A stretch of DNA of 53,060 bases from a virus (lineage: Duplodnaviria > Caudoviricetes), in IMG/VR virus record IMGVR_UViG_3300048848_000290, positions 1 through 53,060 of that record. One strand, given 5' to 3'. Of this stretch, positions 17,444-27,760 are shown in pieces (within the stretch, counting starts at the first letter, position 1; every line of letters begins with the position of its first letter). The position numbers were made by a program, and so were the translations under genes. The notes beneath the pieces were generated by a model. It searched no databases. It was given only the letters and a program-made list of their open reading frames with translations, and was not told the DNA's origin.

Positions 17444-17710
17444 TCATCTGGGCTTCTTGGCTGTCTTCTGGTCGTGCGCCAAGCATTCCCCAGCAGTCCA
17501 GACGCCGGCCCCGCAGACGCCGGCGACCGTGTCATCGATCGCCTCCTGGTCGACGGGCGTTTCGCCACGCGCGCCGATCAGTGACGTCCCCACGATGGCT
17601 CTAGCGGTGCGGGACAGCTGCCCCTTCGAGGCACTGACCTGTTGAGTTGAGGTACACGCCGCCGCGCTCACGGCACATGCGACGGTTAAAGCGAGCCTTG
17701 TCAGCTTCAT
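17444..17710 (-). CDS. Lipoprotein, Rz1/o-spanin-like
   Basis: Lipobox SAAA-C; overlaps the 3' end of the Rz-like gene in another frame, downstream of endolysin. Confidence 0.75.
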   Translation of the reverse strand: MKLTRLALTVACAVSAAACTSTQQVSASKGQLSRTARAIVGTSLIGARGETPVDQEAIDDTVAGVCGAGVWTAGECLAHDQKTAKKPR

Positions 17711-17888
17711 TGCTCAGTTCTCCTACTGCTTTGTCGGTTGCTGCCTGCATGGTGGCGCGCTCGACGGCCCGCGCCTCCTCTTTGGCGTCTGGGAGCCACC
17801 AGATGGCGTTGATGGTGGTAAAGACGGCGAAGCCGAGCGCCAGACCGCCGGCCGCGCCGATCGCCATGCTGATCTTGTCGGTGATCAT
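17601..17888 (-). CDS. Rz/i-spanin-like protein
   Basis: N-terminal TM, helical body, C-terminal Cys pair; ATGA overlap with endolysin stop. Confidence 0.75.
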   Translation of the reverse strand: MITDKISMAIGAAGGLALGFAVFTTINAIWWLPDAKEEARAVERATMQAATDKAVGELSNEADKARFNRRMCRERGGVYLNSTGQCLEGAAVPHR

Positions 17889-18856
17889 GGCGCTACCGCC
17901 GCGCGGATCTTGCCGATCGCCGAGACGACCGAGTTCTGAAGCAGGAGGCCGAGGATCAACATGAGTAGGATGACGACGGCAAGCACGGCGACCACCTGCC
18001 AATCCATGCCGGCCAAGGCAGCCAGGCCAAGGCTACCGAACGAGCCGCCACCGCCGAACAGACCGAACAGGCTGAACTTGCGCTTGACCTGCGTCTCGAC
18101 GGCGACCGGCACCACGGCCTTCTCTTCTGTAACCGGAGACGAGGAAAAGGCCGCCATCTGGACCGACGCTCCCGAGAGGGCGAGGAGATCCTTGTGCAGG
18201 GCCGCTCGAGTCTTTGGCCCCACGTCGCCGTCGACGTCGAGGCCGCGTTCTGACTGATAGCGCCGGATGTCCGCCTCGGTCGGCTGGTAGCCGAGCAGGA
18301 CGAGCGAGACCCGGCCATAGTAGTCGATGCGGTCGTTGAGCCCGTTCTTGCCGCCGTTGATCTTCTTGGTGATTGTCTCGATGTCGTTCCGGTCGGCATA
18401 GGCGTTCAGGTTCCGTGTCGACCAATACCAGAGCGGCACAAGGCCTTCCCACGGATCGGTGTTGACGAGGTCCGGCTGCGCCACAAAGTCCGGCGGGTTG
18501 TAGCCCTTCTGACGGCACCAATCGCGGAAGGCCTCATAGTTCGCCTTGCCGGTGATCTGAATGCCGGCGCGGCCGCGGTAGAGGTAGCCGTCACCATCGG
18601 CGGCCGGCGTGTTGCCGAGATCGACGCGGGTATCATACCGAGCCTGTGCAGCCGTCGGCCCCCAGATTTCCTGATCAAACCGGAAAGCGCCGCTCTCATG
18701 CATGAGCTGCGCGAGGTAGTGGGCGACCCGGTGCGGCCGGTTCAGCCCCAGCCCCAGCCCGAACTTTTCGAGCGCGACCAGGACAGAGTTCATGTTGCCT
18801 TCGTTGACACGCGATTTTGCAGCCGCGCGGATCTGCGCGGCAGTGATGACGCTCAT
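17885..18856 (-). CDS. Endolysin: GH19 domain + PG-binding domain + C-terminal hydrophobic segments
   Basis: AHYLAQLMHESG, GDGYLYRGRAGIQITGKANY, ITKKINGGKNGL.DR; YQ..RGLDVDGDVGPKT..AL. Confidence 0.9.
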   Translation of the reverse strand: MSVITAAQIRAAAKSRVNEGNMNSVLVALEKFGLGLGLNRPHRVAHYLAQLMHESGAFRFDQEIWGPTAAQARYDTRVDLGNTPAADGDGYLYRGRAGIQITGKANYEAFRDWCRQKGYNPPDFVAQPDLVNTDPWEGLVPLWYWSTRNLNAYADRNDIETITKKINGGKNGLNDRIDYYGRVSLVLLGYQPTEADIRRYQSERGLDVDGDVGPKTRAALHKDLLALSGASVQMAAFSSSPVTEEKAVVPVAVETQVKRKFSLFGLFGGGGSFGSLGLAALAGMDWQVVAVLAVVILLMLILGLLLQNSVVSAIGKIRAAVAP

Positions 18857-18905
18857 AGGAATTTCCTTTGTGGTGGAGTGATGTTTTGCTGCAGGTCCGG
18901 TGGGA

Positions 18906-18930
18906 GGAACCTTAGAAGCCCAAGGCTGTT
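18906..18930 (+). promoter_or_regulatory. sigma-EcfG/RpoE2-type promoter motif
   Basis: GGAAC-N18-TT (-10 TGTT), 24 nt before ATG 18955. Confidence 0.65.
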
Positions 18931-18954
18931 AGCTACCAAAATGGAGTTGGCTGA

Positions 18955-19233
18955 ATGGCAAATTACGTATGGCTTTTTCTCGTTGCAGGCGGCGCCGCTA
19001 TATTGGGCAGCGTTCTTGCGTTCGGCATGATCAAACAGAACGGGGAACGGTCCCTCGCTGCAATTGCGGGCGCATTCGTAGTGGCGGGCCTCGCCCTAAT
19101 CTTGGGCTTATACGTCTCATCAGCCCCAACCGCTCCCCAAGTGTCGTCCGACCCTCAGGCATCAGAAATCAGTCGTCCTGCCCGCCAGTCCGATCAGAAC
19201 GCTCTTCCGGGATTAGCGCAACCTAACCGTTGA
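18955..19233 (+). CDS. Small two-TM membrane protein (moron)
   Basis: Two hydrophobic helices; GGAG RBS. Confidence 0.7.
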   Translation: MANYVWLFLVAGGAAILGSVLAFGMIKQNGERSLAAIAGAFVVAGLALILGLYVSSAPTAPQVSSDPQASEISRPARQSDQNALPGLAQPNR

Positions 19234-19277
19234 TGCCGCCGTCGGACCAACGCGGGTTGCTATTTTGGGAGGTATGA

Positions 19278-19955
19278 ATGCAGCCGGTTCGAAGAGTGCT
19301 AAGTCTCGGATCCACGTGCGAGGCACAGTATCAGCTGCGTCGTTTGACGGCCGACACTTCCGAGAGAATGCGTTATGTCAACGGCCTGAAAGATGCTGCC
19401 TTGGGATGCCCCAGTGTCGTATTCTCTTGGCAAATCACGCCTATCACCGCCTTGTTCGAATATCTCCGAAGAGACTTCAAGGGGATGATGGAACTCGATG
19501 ATCTTGTTCCCGATAGCCGGACCGTGCGGAATTTGCGGTTTGGAACAATGCATCACCACGAGTTCAAGCGTGACGTGTCCGAGCAGCAAATCCACGACTA
19601 CTTCCCCATAGCTCGGCGGAAGCATGACGCAATGTGCGAGCGGGCGCGACGGATGATTTCCGATGACGAACCAACGCTCTATGCTCTTGCGAACTCGGGT
19701 GCGACAGACGAACAACTTGAAGAGCTCAAAAGCCTTCTGAAGTTCCGCAACCCCAGCAAGCGCTTTGATATCCTTGCTCTGCAGTCAACGACGCCCGACA
19801 TATGGCAGGGTGACGACAGCGCTTGGGATGAGGAGTTCTCCCACTTTAGTTTTGATGCGACGCTAAGGCCAGTTGAGAAGATGAAGATGGGCGTGCTCAG
19901 GCTCAAGTCTCAGTTTATCCGTCTCCGAGGGCACCTCGAAACGGGGAAATTTTAA
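19278..19955 (+). CDS. DUF1796-like putative papain-type cysteine peptidase (moron)
   Basis: VLSLGSTCEAQYQLRR...FSW...HHEF pattern; GGAGG RBS. Confidence 0.65.
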   Translation: MQPVRRVLSLGSTCEAQYQLRRLTADTSERMRYVNGLKDAALGCPSVVFSWQITPITALFEYLRRDFKGMMELDDLVPDSRTVRNLRFGTMHHHEFKRDVSEQQIHDYFPIARRKHDAMCERARRMISDDEPTLYALANSGATDEQLEELKSLLKFRNPSKRFDILALQSTTPDIWQGDDSAWDEEFSHFSFDATLRPVEKMKMGVLRLKSQFIRLRGHLETGKF

Positions 19956-20406
19956 CGAAGACGGTCCCCACTTACCGGACACGGAGAGCGCGCCAGCCTT
20001 AGCTATCGGGCAATTTTTTACCAATCAGAGTTTCGACGCAGCCAGGAAAAAGGCGTCAATTTGTGGTCCCCGAAACCCCATGGCTTGGAAACCGGCCTGC
20101 ACCATCGGCTCTTTGCGGACGAACGTGCCGCTGTATTCGTAGGCGACTTGGGTGGCGCGGTCTTGTGTGGCGATCCACGCGTCAACTTGATCAATAAGGG
20201 CCGCCGCCCAGCACGCAGGCCAGTGAACCGCCGTTGGACTCCCTTACAAGTTGTGCAATATTTTAGCCGCTAAGAGACTGTTTGAGGGCTCGAACGGGAA
20301 AACGGGCGAGCCCTCTCATTTTTCTGAACCTGTTGTTCTAAATCGGGTTAAGGGCCTGCATCACGGCGGACCTACGCAGGCCCTTGCGCGGCGAGCTTCC
20401 CATTGA

Positions 20407-20721
20407 TCAGTTCGGCCAGACGATCGGCGTGATGCCGCCGATGAACTCTTCAATGGTCGGCGGCGGGATCTCGCCGGCCTCGACAGCAGCGAGCTGGTCG
20501 AACATGTAGTCTAAGGCAGCATCCCGCCATGCGATGTAGGCCGCCGCCTCGGCGGCCCATTGTGGCTTGGTGCTGCCCTCGTAACTGACGATCGTGAGGC
20601 GGCTGTCATATTGCCGTTGAGCCGCGACAGCGTCGAGGTGATCGTCGAAGGCCGTCTTGTAATGATCGAGGGTCGGAGCCTCGCCAGCGATCATCGCGTT
20701 TCCGAATACTCTTGGTGCCAT
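20407..20721 (-). CDS. Tail fibre assembly/chaperone-like protein
   Basis: HLDAVA.QRQYD.....SY..S...W.AEA.A.IAWRD...P.IEEFI...P..WP; follows tail fibre. Confidence 0.7.
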   Translation of the reverse strand: MAPRVFGNAMIAGEAPTLDHYKTAFDDHLDAVAAQRQYDSRLTIVSYEGSTKPQWAAEAAAYIAWRDAALDYMFDQLAAVEAGEIPPPTIEEFIGGITPIVWPN

Positions 20722-20725
20722 CGTC

Positions 20726-22840
20726 CTAGCTCCACTGCATGACAACGCCGGAGACGGCGACGTTCTTGTTATTGGCGGTATCGATTTCCCATTTCATCGA
20801 CGTGCCGGACGCAAGGCTGGCAAGGCTGATGCTACTCGCCTCGTAGACCTTCGCACCGACGAGCGGCTGGGATAGAGACAGGACAGCCGTCGCCCAGGTC
20901 GTCCCGCCGTCACGGGACATCTTGGCGATGACGTCGGTATTAATGGTGATGGTATCCGTTTCGACGAGCTGCACCGCCAGGCGACCAGTCGTCGGAACAG
21001 ATGACGCGGTATAGGCAACCGACCGCAGCGCCATATTGAGATACTCGGCAGCGACGGACCTCGCCTCCAATCTGGAGAAAACAACCATACCCGCAGCAGC
21101 ATATCCCGAAACATCCGGCGTTCCCGCTTCGTCCGTGGCTCCGTCCTTATAATAGGGAGAGTAGTTTGCTGGGGTCGGGTCGATGTATCCCACATTTCCA
21201 GACGCCGAGGCCAGATCAACCGCAATGACATGTGCAAATGCGTTATTGAGATCAAATGGCACCCAGTCACTCCAGACGCTCCCGCCGACAGGTGGCGTCA
21301 CGCTGTTGGCTCCGCCGAAGGTCAGGCGCACAGGCGTCGGCGACGAGGACGCCATGTCCCATGCATCCCCACTTGCCGCAGCACGACCGAAAAACGTGTT
21401 GGTGACAGACTTGGAAGACCCTGTGATTGGCCCCTTCAACTGCACTCGAACATAACTTCCGCTTGCCGCCAATGCCGGCGCACCAATCCTAATCCGATAC
21501 TTTCTCTGGGGAGCGATCACGGTTTCGGTGTTCATAGCGACGGACGCAACCGAAACTGATGTTGGCGTCGGATTGTACAAGTCGTTAGTTGAATCGTAGA
21601 CCTCATTTGTGGAAGCAGCCGCGTCGACGCCGGTTTCATCATCGAACGCATCAGCAATGCCGCCCTTCATGCCGAGGCGAGAGCCCTTTAGGTCCGCGAT
21701 TTCGAGCGCCAGCAGAGCGTCGTTCTTGCCGCCGGAGTTTGCAGCGAGGGATTCGATCGCCGCCTGAACGGTCGTCGGCCCTCCCGGCAGGTTAGCTGTT
21801 GCATTGTTGAAGATGACGTCGAGCGCCGTTGTCGCAAGCCAGGCCTTTGCTTCAGCGTTGGTCAGCGCCTTGAGGATCTTGCCGGTTGCGCCGTCATACC
21901 CGGCAAGCGCCCCGTTCGTGGACGCAGCCGGCCCCGTTACCAGATCTGCAACCAGCTTGCCGCCATCATCGATCGCCTTGCCGGTATTGCTGCTGAAGGC
22001 GGCGACGCGGCCGACGGTCGCGCCACCTGGCCCGATGACATCACCCGTGCCCGTGCCGTCCATGCCCTTTGCAGCTGCGAGCTGCCAATAGGCGTTGACG
22101 GTCGTCGGGAGAACGGGCGGAGCATTCCCGGTCGTCGCCTGCAGGGCGATCCATGACGAACCGTTATCCAGAACCATGTCACGCGTTGCGTAGGCCGTCG
22201 CAGCGGAATAGGCGCCACGGAAGTTCACGCCGATCTCGCCGGCCGGGATCGTGAAGGTGATCTGGTAGGGATCGCCCGGTTCGCCGCTGCCCGTGACCTC
22301 CATCTCGGCATTCGTGCCAGGTGCTCCAGTAATCACCGGCTCGAAGTCGATCTCAGGTGCCGGTCCGGCCGGACCGGTGCCATAACTGAACGGACCCGCC
22401 CAATCGCCTGAAGTTGCCGAGGCCTTGATGTAGAGATCCGCCGGATTGACGTCGATCGCCAGGAAGGCAAAGCCGGCAGGCCGCTCGGCATAAGTCGCGA
22501 GGTCGGCCGTATCGCCCGCCACGTCATAGCGATAGAGCGTGCCCGCCTCCATCGCCACCAGAATCCGGGACAGGATATTGCTGTTGGTTTCCAGCTGCTC
22601 GCTGAAGGCCGTCGCCCGAAGCAGAGCATAGGCATAGGTGCCGGTCGCGCCGGTCCATTCCAGAGCCGCCGTCGCCGCGGTGTCGCTTTCGATCGATGCC
22701 AAGGGAAGCGGGTTACCTTCCGCCTGAACGAAGATCGTGCCGCCGGCCACCTGGGCGATTGCCCAGGCAGTATCAATGCCGGTCACGGCCTTGCTGCCGT
22801 TGGTCAGCTGAACCGACCCGGTGATGTAATAATCAGCCAT
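20726..22840 (-). CDS. Tail fibre / receptor-binding protein
   Basis: GSVQLTNGSKAVTG N-terminus, GDVIGP/FSSNTGK.I and GYDGATGKILK fibre repeats, position after tail tip. Confidence 0.8.
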   Translation of the reverse strand: MADYYITGSVQLTNGSKAVTGIDTAWAIAQVAGGTIFVQAEGNPLPLASIESDTAATAALEWTGATGTYAYALLRATAFSEQLETNSNILSRILVAMEAGTLYRYDVAGDTADLATYAERPAGFAFLAIDVNPADLYIKASATSGDWAGPFSYGTGPAGPAPEIDFEPVITGAPGTNAEMEVTGSGEPGDPYQITFTIPAGEIGVNFRGAYSAATAYATRDMVLDNGSSWIALQATTGNAPPVLPTTVNAYWQLAAAKGMDGTGTGDVIGPGGATVGRVAAFSSNTGKAIDDGGKLVADLVTGPAASTNGALAGYDGATGKILKALTNAEAKAWLATTALDVIFNNATANLPGGPTTVQAAIESLAANSGGKNDALLALEIADLKGSRLGMKGGIADAFDDETGVDAAASTNEVYDSTNDLYNPTPTSVSVASVAMNTETVIAPQRKYRIRIGAPALAASGSYVRVQLKGPITGSSKSVTNTFFGRAAASGDAWDMASSSPTPVRLTFGGANSVTPPVGGSVWSDWVPFDLNNAFAHVIAVDLASASGNVGYIDPTPANYSPYYKDGATDEAGTPDVSGYAAAGMVVFSRLEARSVAAEYLNMALRSVAYTASSVPTTGRLAVQLVETDTITINTDVIAKMSRDGGTTWATAVLSLSQPLVGAKVYEASSISLASLASGTSMKWEIDTANNKNVAVSGVVMQWS

Positions 22841-22852
22841 ACGATGGATGCC

Positions 22853-24367
22853 CTATGAGGTCGGGATGCCGAGGATGTAGTAGCGAATGCCGACTATGCG
22901 CGAAGTTGAGTAGTCAAACGCCCAGTTGTTGTTAGTCCACCGCTCCTGGTACGGGTTGCCCTCGTAGGTCCAGAAGGTCGCCTGGTTGCTGCCGAGAATG
23001 CAGAAGCTGCTATTCCCGGCGTTGTAGCGGGTCGAGTTATTGTAGCTTTCGATGAGACGGGCGGACGGGGCCTTGACGCCGACACCGGCATCGGCGTCTG
23101 ACATCACCGTCATGTATTTGACGAAGGGGAAGAACCCGGCTCCGTTGAAGCCAATCGTGAAGCTCTGCCCCGCGTTCACCGAATTCGGCGGCGTATATTG
23201 CGGCTGCGCCCCGATTGTCCGGTATCCTTCCGCGAGGATCTGGATTGCCGGCCAGCGGCTGTCGAGCACGATGTCGGCGAAGTTTGGCGGGTCAGCCGCA
23301 CCAGGGCGCAGGAACTGGACGACGTCTTGGCCGCCTTCTTCGAATTGCCGGAGCACATTGTTGTTGCCGGACGTCGGTGGCAGTTGGTTGTTTGAGAGTA
23401 CGAGGTATCGGACCCGGCACGGTCCAGAGAGGTTGTTGATGTAAAGCTTGGTCCCGGAGAACCAGTATTCGCACCGGGTGTCGGTGAAGTAGCCGCTGAC
23501 CGGATAGGAGATGACACCATTCTCATACTGCAGCATGTCGCAGATGGTGGTGTTATCGACCGGATAGCCGACTTCGATCTCGGTCAGGCCTGAAGGCAAG
23601 GCGATGTCGCCCGCCTTGATGACCGCGAGCGGGCGACCGGAAGAGTCGAAAGCCATCTGGGTCGCCGTTGCGGTCCGGGTATCAAATCCCGGCTTCGCGA
23701 CCCGACAGAATTCGCTGTTAATTTCTACCCCCCGCAGGCCGGGAACAGGTGACGGCGTATCGCTGTCGAGCAGGGGTACATTCGTCGCAGGAAGCCTCCA
23801 GACCACCAGCTTGATCTCGTAGGACCCGCCGTCTAATGCGCCGAAGGTGTTGGTGTAGTAGCGGATGCCTTTGCCCATTGGCGGATTACCATAGAAGGTC
23901 TGTCCGTCATTGAGCCACCAGCCGTTGTTCATCCAGCCGATCATGGTGCGATAACCCGGCTCTTGACCGTTGCCATCTTCTGCACCTTGGGTGAACACCC
24001 TGAAGTTCTCGACGTAGCGGCCATCGGAGAGGCGCTGATATTTCAGGTCGTAGACCGGCAGATCGTAGGGCAGCGCGTCCCCGAAATACGAGTTGCGGAT
24101 CATGATGTAGCTGAAGCCAGCGACGGAGCCCGGAAGCTTCTTCTTCTGGTAGTTGGCGTTGTTTGTCCCTGCAGGCCAAAAGGTCGTCGAGTTCGGCGAG
24201 AATGGCGTGCTGTCGATGTCGACGATTTTTACGTCATCGGCGAACTTGGAATTGTAGAGGAACGAACTCCTGTTCGCGTCCGGCTCGGTGATCGGGTCGA
24301 TCTCGCCCTTGGTGATCTTCACGCAGGGCACGCCGAGGCTATCAAAACCAATGAGTGTCTGGGTCAT
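22853..24367 (-). CDS. Minor tail/baseplate protein
   Basis: 504 aa, coupled to central tail protein; RVAKPGFD...Q.AFDS repeats. Confidence 0.7.
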   Translation of the reverse strand: MTQTLIGFDSLGVPCVKITKGEIDPITEPDANRSSFLYNSKFADDVKIVDIDSTPFSPNSTTFWPAGTNNANYQKKKLPGSVAGFSYIMIRNSYFGDALPYDLPVYDLKYQRLSDGRYVENFRVFTQGAEDGNGQEPGYRTMIGWMNNGWWLNDGQTFYGNPPMGKGIRYYTNTFGALDGGSYEIKLVVWRLPATNVPLLDSDTPSPVPGLRGVEINSEFCRVAKPGFDTRTATATQMAFDSSGRPLAVIKAGDIALPSGLTEIEVGYPVDNTTICDMLQYENGVISYPVSGYFTDTRCEYWFSGTKLYINNLSGPCRVRYLVLSNNQLPPTSGNNNVLRQFEEGGQDVVQFLRPGAADPPNFADIVLDSRWPAIQILAEGYRTIGAQPQYTPPNSVNAGQSFTIGFNGAGFFPFVKYMTVMSDADAGVGVKAPSARLIESYNNSTRYNAGNSSFCILGSNQATFWTYEGNPYQERWTNNNWAFDYSTSRIVGIRYYILGIPTS

Positions 24368-26775
24368 GAGCTGATCACGATCGTGCCGTTGTTGACGTCG
24401 ATGGTCATCTTGCCGTTCGGGCTTTGAATGAGACCGGCGTTGACGGTCCCGATATTGGCGATATTGAGCTTGAGTTCTCCGTTCTCGAACACCATCGGGT
24501 AGCTTGCATCGCCCCCGTCTGTGACAACAAACTGATCGACGTGGAAGACGGTCCGGGACTTGAGGATGCCGCCATCGGTGTAGATTTCGATGAAGAGGCC
24601 GCTCTCTTTGAATTCATCCTCGATCTCAGCCTTAAGCAAGATGGCGTAGCGAACCGTTACACCGGCAGGCGCCGCGACGGCCTGAAAGGCGATCATGCCG
24701 TTCGCCAAACTTTCCCCGAACTCGGCGATCAGTTCTTCGGTTTTCCCCACCACGTTTGCGATGTTCGAGGTGATGATCACGATCTCTTCCGTGAAGCTCG
24801 CGCCGAGCTGCTGGAGCTTGCGGCCCAACGTCTGAGAAACGCCACCATTGATCTGCAGGTTCTGCTGCAAGCGCGCGAGCAGCGTTTCGTTGCGGTTCAG
24901 GCTGGCGTAGAGTTGCGAGAGCACCGCCATGACGTCGTCGCGCAAATTGCCGAGACCGACCTCGATATCCGGATTGCCGGCATCAGCCGAGGTCACTGTA
25001 ATAGGGACGGTCCAGTTGGTCGGGCGGTCGGCGATCAGCCTATGGCGGAACTCGTAATCCGTCAGGTTTACGATGCCCTCCTGGATGAAGGTGACGGCCG
25101 CCTGTCGATCCACCTGCCGGGAGAACTTGTTGGTCGGCTCCGTCTTGATCCACCATTCGAACACCACCCCGGTGACCGTGACGTCCTCGATCGGCGCCCA
25201 GGTCATCCGGAAGGCCGGATAGGTCCGCCCGTCCGCGCCTGTTGCAATCACCGGGATGACCGCCCAATCCTGAAGGGCGTTCAGATAGACCGGCTCGCCG
25301 TTCGGGATCGGCACGTTCGGCGGTATAAGTCCGACCGAAGCATAGATCTCACCGGACCGCTCCTGCAGGGACAGGACCACGTTGCGCGGCCCGTCGCTGG
25401 ACAATGCCCGGATCGATCGGCTCTGGACGACGAACACGATCGAGCCGTAGCGCGCCGAATTCCACTCCACCCAGTCGCCGACGCGGATCGTCTGGAAGCG
25501 AGGGCGCAAGACGATGTCCGCGGTCGCCTCGTATCGGTTCTCATTGTAGTAGATCGAGGCCAGCTGGTTCGCCTGGCGCTTCGAGCGCACCGTCGGGAAG
25601 TTCAGCTGGACGTCCCGCGTGCGCCGGTCGAGCGCCACCTGCGTCGGATTGCTCTGCGTGTCATAGCCGGCCGGCGACCACATGTTCGCAGGCTCGGGAT
25701 AGGTGCCGGAAACCGAGTTGGTAAGATCCGCCATCGACCGCCGCTTCTGGAACCGAACCGGCTCTGTCACGATTAGATCGTCATCTGTGAACGTCTCGAC
25801 GATGGGCTGCTCAGTTCCGATGATCGGCCATGATCCCTCGACGCTGTCGACGACGATCCCGCCGCAAGAAACCATGATGGATTCGATATTGTCGCCATGG
25901 TCGACGTCGGCATCGAGCAGGACCGAGCAGCGGTAGCGAGGCTCGCCGCCAGCGTTCTCGTCGCAGATGTTGGCGGCCACGGCATAGCGGTCGATCGGCA
26001 GGTCGATCGCGTCCATGTCCATGCCGAGGAACAGGTCATCGTTCCACGAAAAGCCGCGCCGGTAATTGTAGTCGAACACGACCGGGTTTTCCGAGAACTG
26101 GTAGGTCGAGTAATCGCCCCAGCGATGCGGCCCGGAACCACCGACAGTATCGTCCTTGCGGAAATCATACAGGCGAGCGCCGCGGATCTCGAAGAAGAAG
26201 TCGGGGAACTGCGAGAGCTTCTCCTGGTCATACGTCAGGCGGGCGATCAGGTAGCATTGGCCGGAGCCAATATGTGCAGCTGTCCACCGGCCGAGCGGGT
26301 TGGAGTTGCCGATCAGACCAGGATCGGCCGCTGTCTGGGTGCCGTCGTAAAAGACGAAGCTCATGCGGCCGGCGTAGTCTCCGGTGACGACAGAGTAGTT
26401 CTTGCCGTTGGTCGTCGAGAGTTGCAACTGCTGGCCGCCGGCCCAGATCTTGGACAGACCATCGCAGGGAAAGTCGGAGAAGACGAACACCTGCTCAAGA
26501 TACTTGTTCGACTCTCCGTAGGTGTTCACGTAGCAATCATGGCCGGCAATCCCGACGAGGCCGCAGGCGACCTTGCGGCTGATGTTCTCGCCATATTCCC
26601 GCTCGAACTGCGTGCCGGATGCCTGCTTCTGCGACTTCTTCGCGCGGTCGGCCTGGATCTTGGCAACGACCAGGCTAATGCCGATCCCAATAACGGCCTT
26701 GGCGATGGCAAGGCCGATCGTGCCGAGACCGAGCGCGCCGCCGATCGCGCCAACAACTGCGGAGATGAAGGGCAT
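24364..26775 (-). CDS. Central tail tip/hub protein (gpJ-like, DUF1983-like C-terminus)
   Basis: IRGARLYDFRKD, FSENP, C-terminal DQFVV..G....PMVFENG...IGTV.AG.I.S. Confidence 0.85.
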   Translation of the reverse strand: MPFISAVVGAIGGALGLGTIGLAIAKAVIGIGISLVVAKIQADRAKKSQKQASGTQFEREYGENISRKVACGLVGIAGHDCYVNTYGESNKYLEQVFVFSDFPCDGLSKIWAGGQQLQLSTTNGKNYSVVTGDYAGRMSFVFYDGTQTAADPGLIGNSNPLGRWTAAHIGSGQCYLIARLTYDQEKLSQFPDFFFEIRGARLYDFRKDDTVGGSGPHRWGDYSTYQFSENPVVFDYNYRRGFSWNDDLFLGMDMDAIDLPIDRYAVAANICDENAGGEPRYRCSVLLDADVDHGDNIESIMVSCGGIVVDSVEGSWPIIGTEQPIVETFTDDDLIVTEPVRFQKRRSMADLTNSVSGTYPEPANMWSPAGYDTQSNPTQVALDRRTRDVQLNFPTVRSKRQANQLASIYYNENRYEATADIVLRPRFQTIRVGDWVEWNSARYGSIVFVVQSRSIRALSSDGPRNVVLSLQERSGEIYASVGLIPPNVPIPNGEPVYLNALQDWAVIPVIATGADGRTYPAFRMTWAPIEDVTVTGVVFEWWIKTEPTNKFSRQVDRQAAVTFIQEGIVNLTDYEFRHRLIADRPTNWTVPITVTSADAGNPDIEVGLGNLRDDVMAVLSQLYASLNRNETLLARLQQNLQINGGVSQTLGRKLQQLGASFTEEIVIITSNIANVVGKTEELIAEFGESLANGMIAFQAVAAPAGVTVRYAILLKAEIEDEFKESGLFIEIYTDGGILKSRTVFHVDQFVVTDGGDASYPMVFENGELKLNIANIGTVNAGLIQSPNGKMTIDVNNGTIVISS

Positions 26776-26776
26776 T

Positions 26777-27238
26777 TTACCGGACCTTGTAGGCGCGCTT
26801 GACGGATAGGATGGACATGATTTCGAGGTACGAACCGGTCGTGACCTCGACCCGCTTGCCGCCGACCCTCTCGACGTGGCCGTAGATGGTCTTCACGGCA
26901 AACCCGGTCGAGACGAACACGCCGCAGGAGATCGCGCCGTCGCGCTCGATCACGCCGACGTCGCCACGCTGCGCCATCATCGCGGGGATAGGTTCACCGA
27001 GCTCGGCTGCAAGAGCCTCCTCGACCGTCTCCTTGAAGCCTGCCTTGCGGAACACCTTGTAACCGTCCGCCTCGCTCCGATAGTTCTGGAGGTGCGGCAG
27101 GATGCGTGTGCCTGTGACGGCCTCGACCGCGTCCATGGTCATCATCCAGCAGTCGGACACGCCCCATTGACCGGGCAACGCCAGATGCTTCGCCACAACC
27201 GCGTTGAGGCGCTTTTCCCAATCCGAAACTCTCGTCAT
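26777..27238 (-). CDS. Tail-associated NlpC/P60-like protein
   Basis: DWEKRL...WGVSDC...DAVEA.TG...AQRGDVG. Confidence 0.8.
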   Translation of the reverse strand: MTRVSDWEKRLNAVVAKHLALPGQWGVSDCWMMTMDAVEAVTGTRILPHLQNYRSEADGYKVFRKAGFKETVEEALAAELGEPIPAMMAQRGDVGVIERDGAISCGVFVSTGFAVKTIYGHVERVGGKRVEVTTGSYLEIMSILSVKRAYKVR

Positions 27239-27295
27239 AGGTGTACTTCCGTCGATAAACGTGATGGATTGCCGCAAACCACAAGGAGACCGGGT

Positions 27296-27559
27296 ATGGC
27301 GACACGTGAAGAAGCAGTCGGCGCGGCGCTTGCGGCGCAGGCTTTGGCGTTCGTATCAATCGAAATGCTGATCCGGCTCGGACACAGCGACCTGATCGAC
27401 ACGTTGAAGGCCAGCGCACTTGAGACGCTGGACGCCTCGGTGACTGAAGGAACGGGGCTAGACCGGGAAAAGACGCTGGAGCATGCGCGCCTTATTTTGA
27501 TGGGCCTGACGGCGACGGCGAAGGCCAATAGCGCTCTAGGTGCCGCGTTACGTCAATGA
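27296..27559 (+). CDS. Hypothetical protein (moron)
   Basis: AAGGAG RBS before ATG 27296; antisense to tail operon. Confidence 0.55.
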   Translation: MATREEAVGAALAAQALAFVSIEMLIRLGHSDLIDTLKASALETLDASVTEGTGLDREKTLEHARLILMGLTATAKANSALGAALRQ

Positions 27560-27760
27560 CGTGGCGGACCTTGCCGTCCACGATCTCGAACCGATGACCG
27601 ATTGGGTCGGCGATCTTGTTGAGCTCAACAAGTTTCGCTGCAGTCTCTTTGTCAGGCGTCATAGGTTCCCTCTGGTTCTCGTAGCTGGACGGCTACGCAG
27701 ATTCGACACTTGCCATCCGTTGTGATTGATTGTGACTTCAACCACAGGAAGGGGTAAAAT

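Noticed and set aside
24424-25776. Long plus-strand ORFs opposite structural genes (also 25897-26802, 32214-33005, 40162-41115)
   Set aside because: Antisense shadows of GC-rich coding genes, no recognisable motifs
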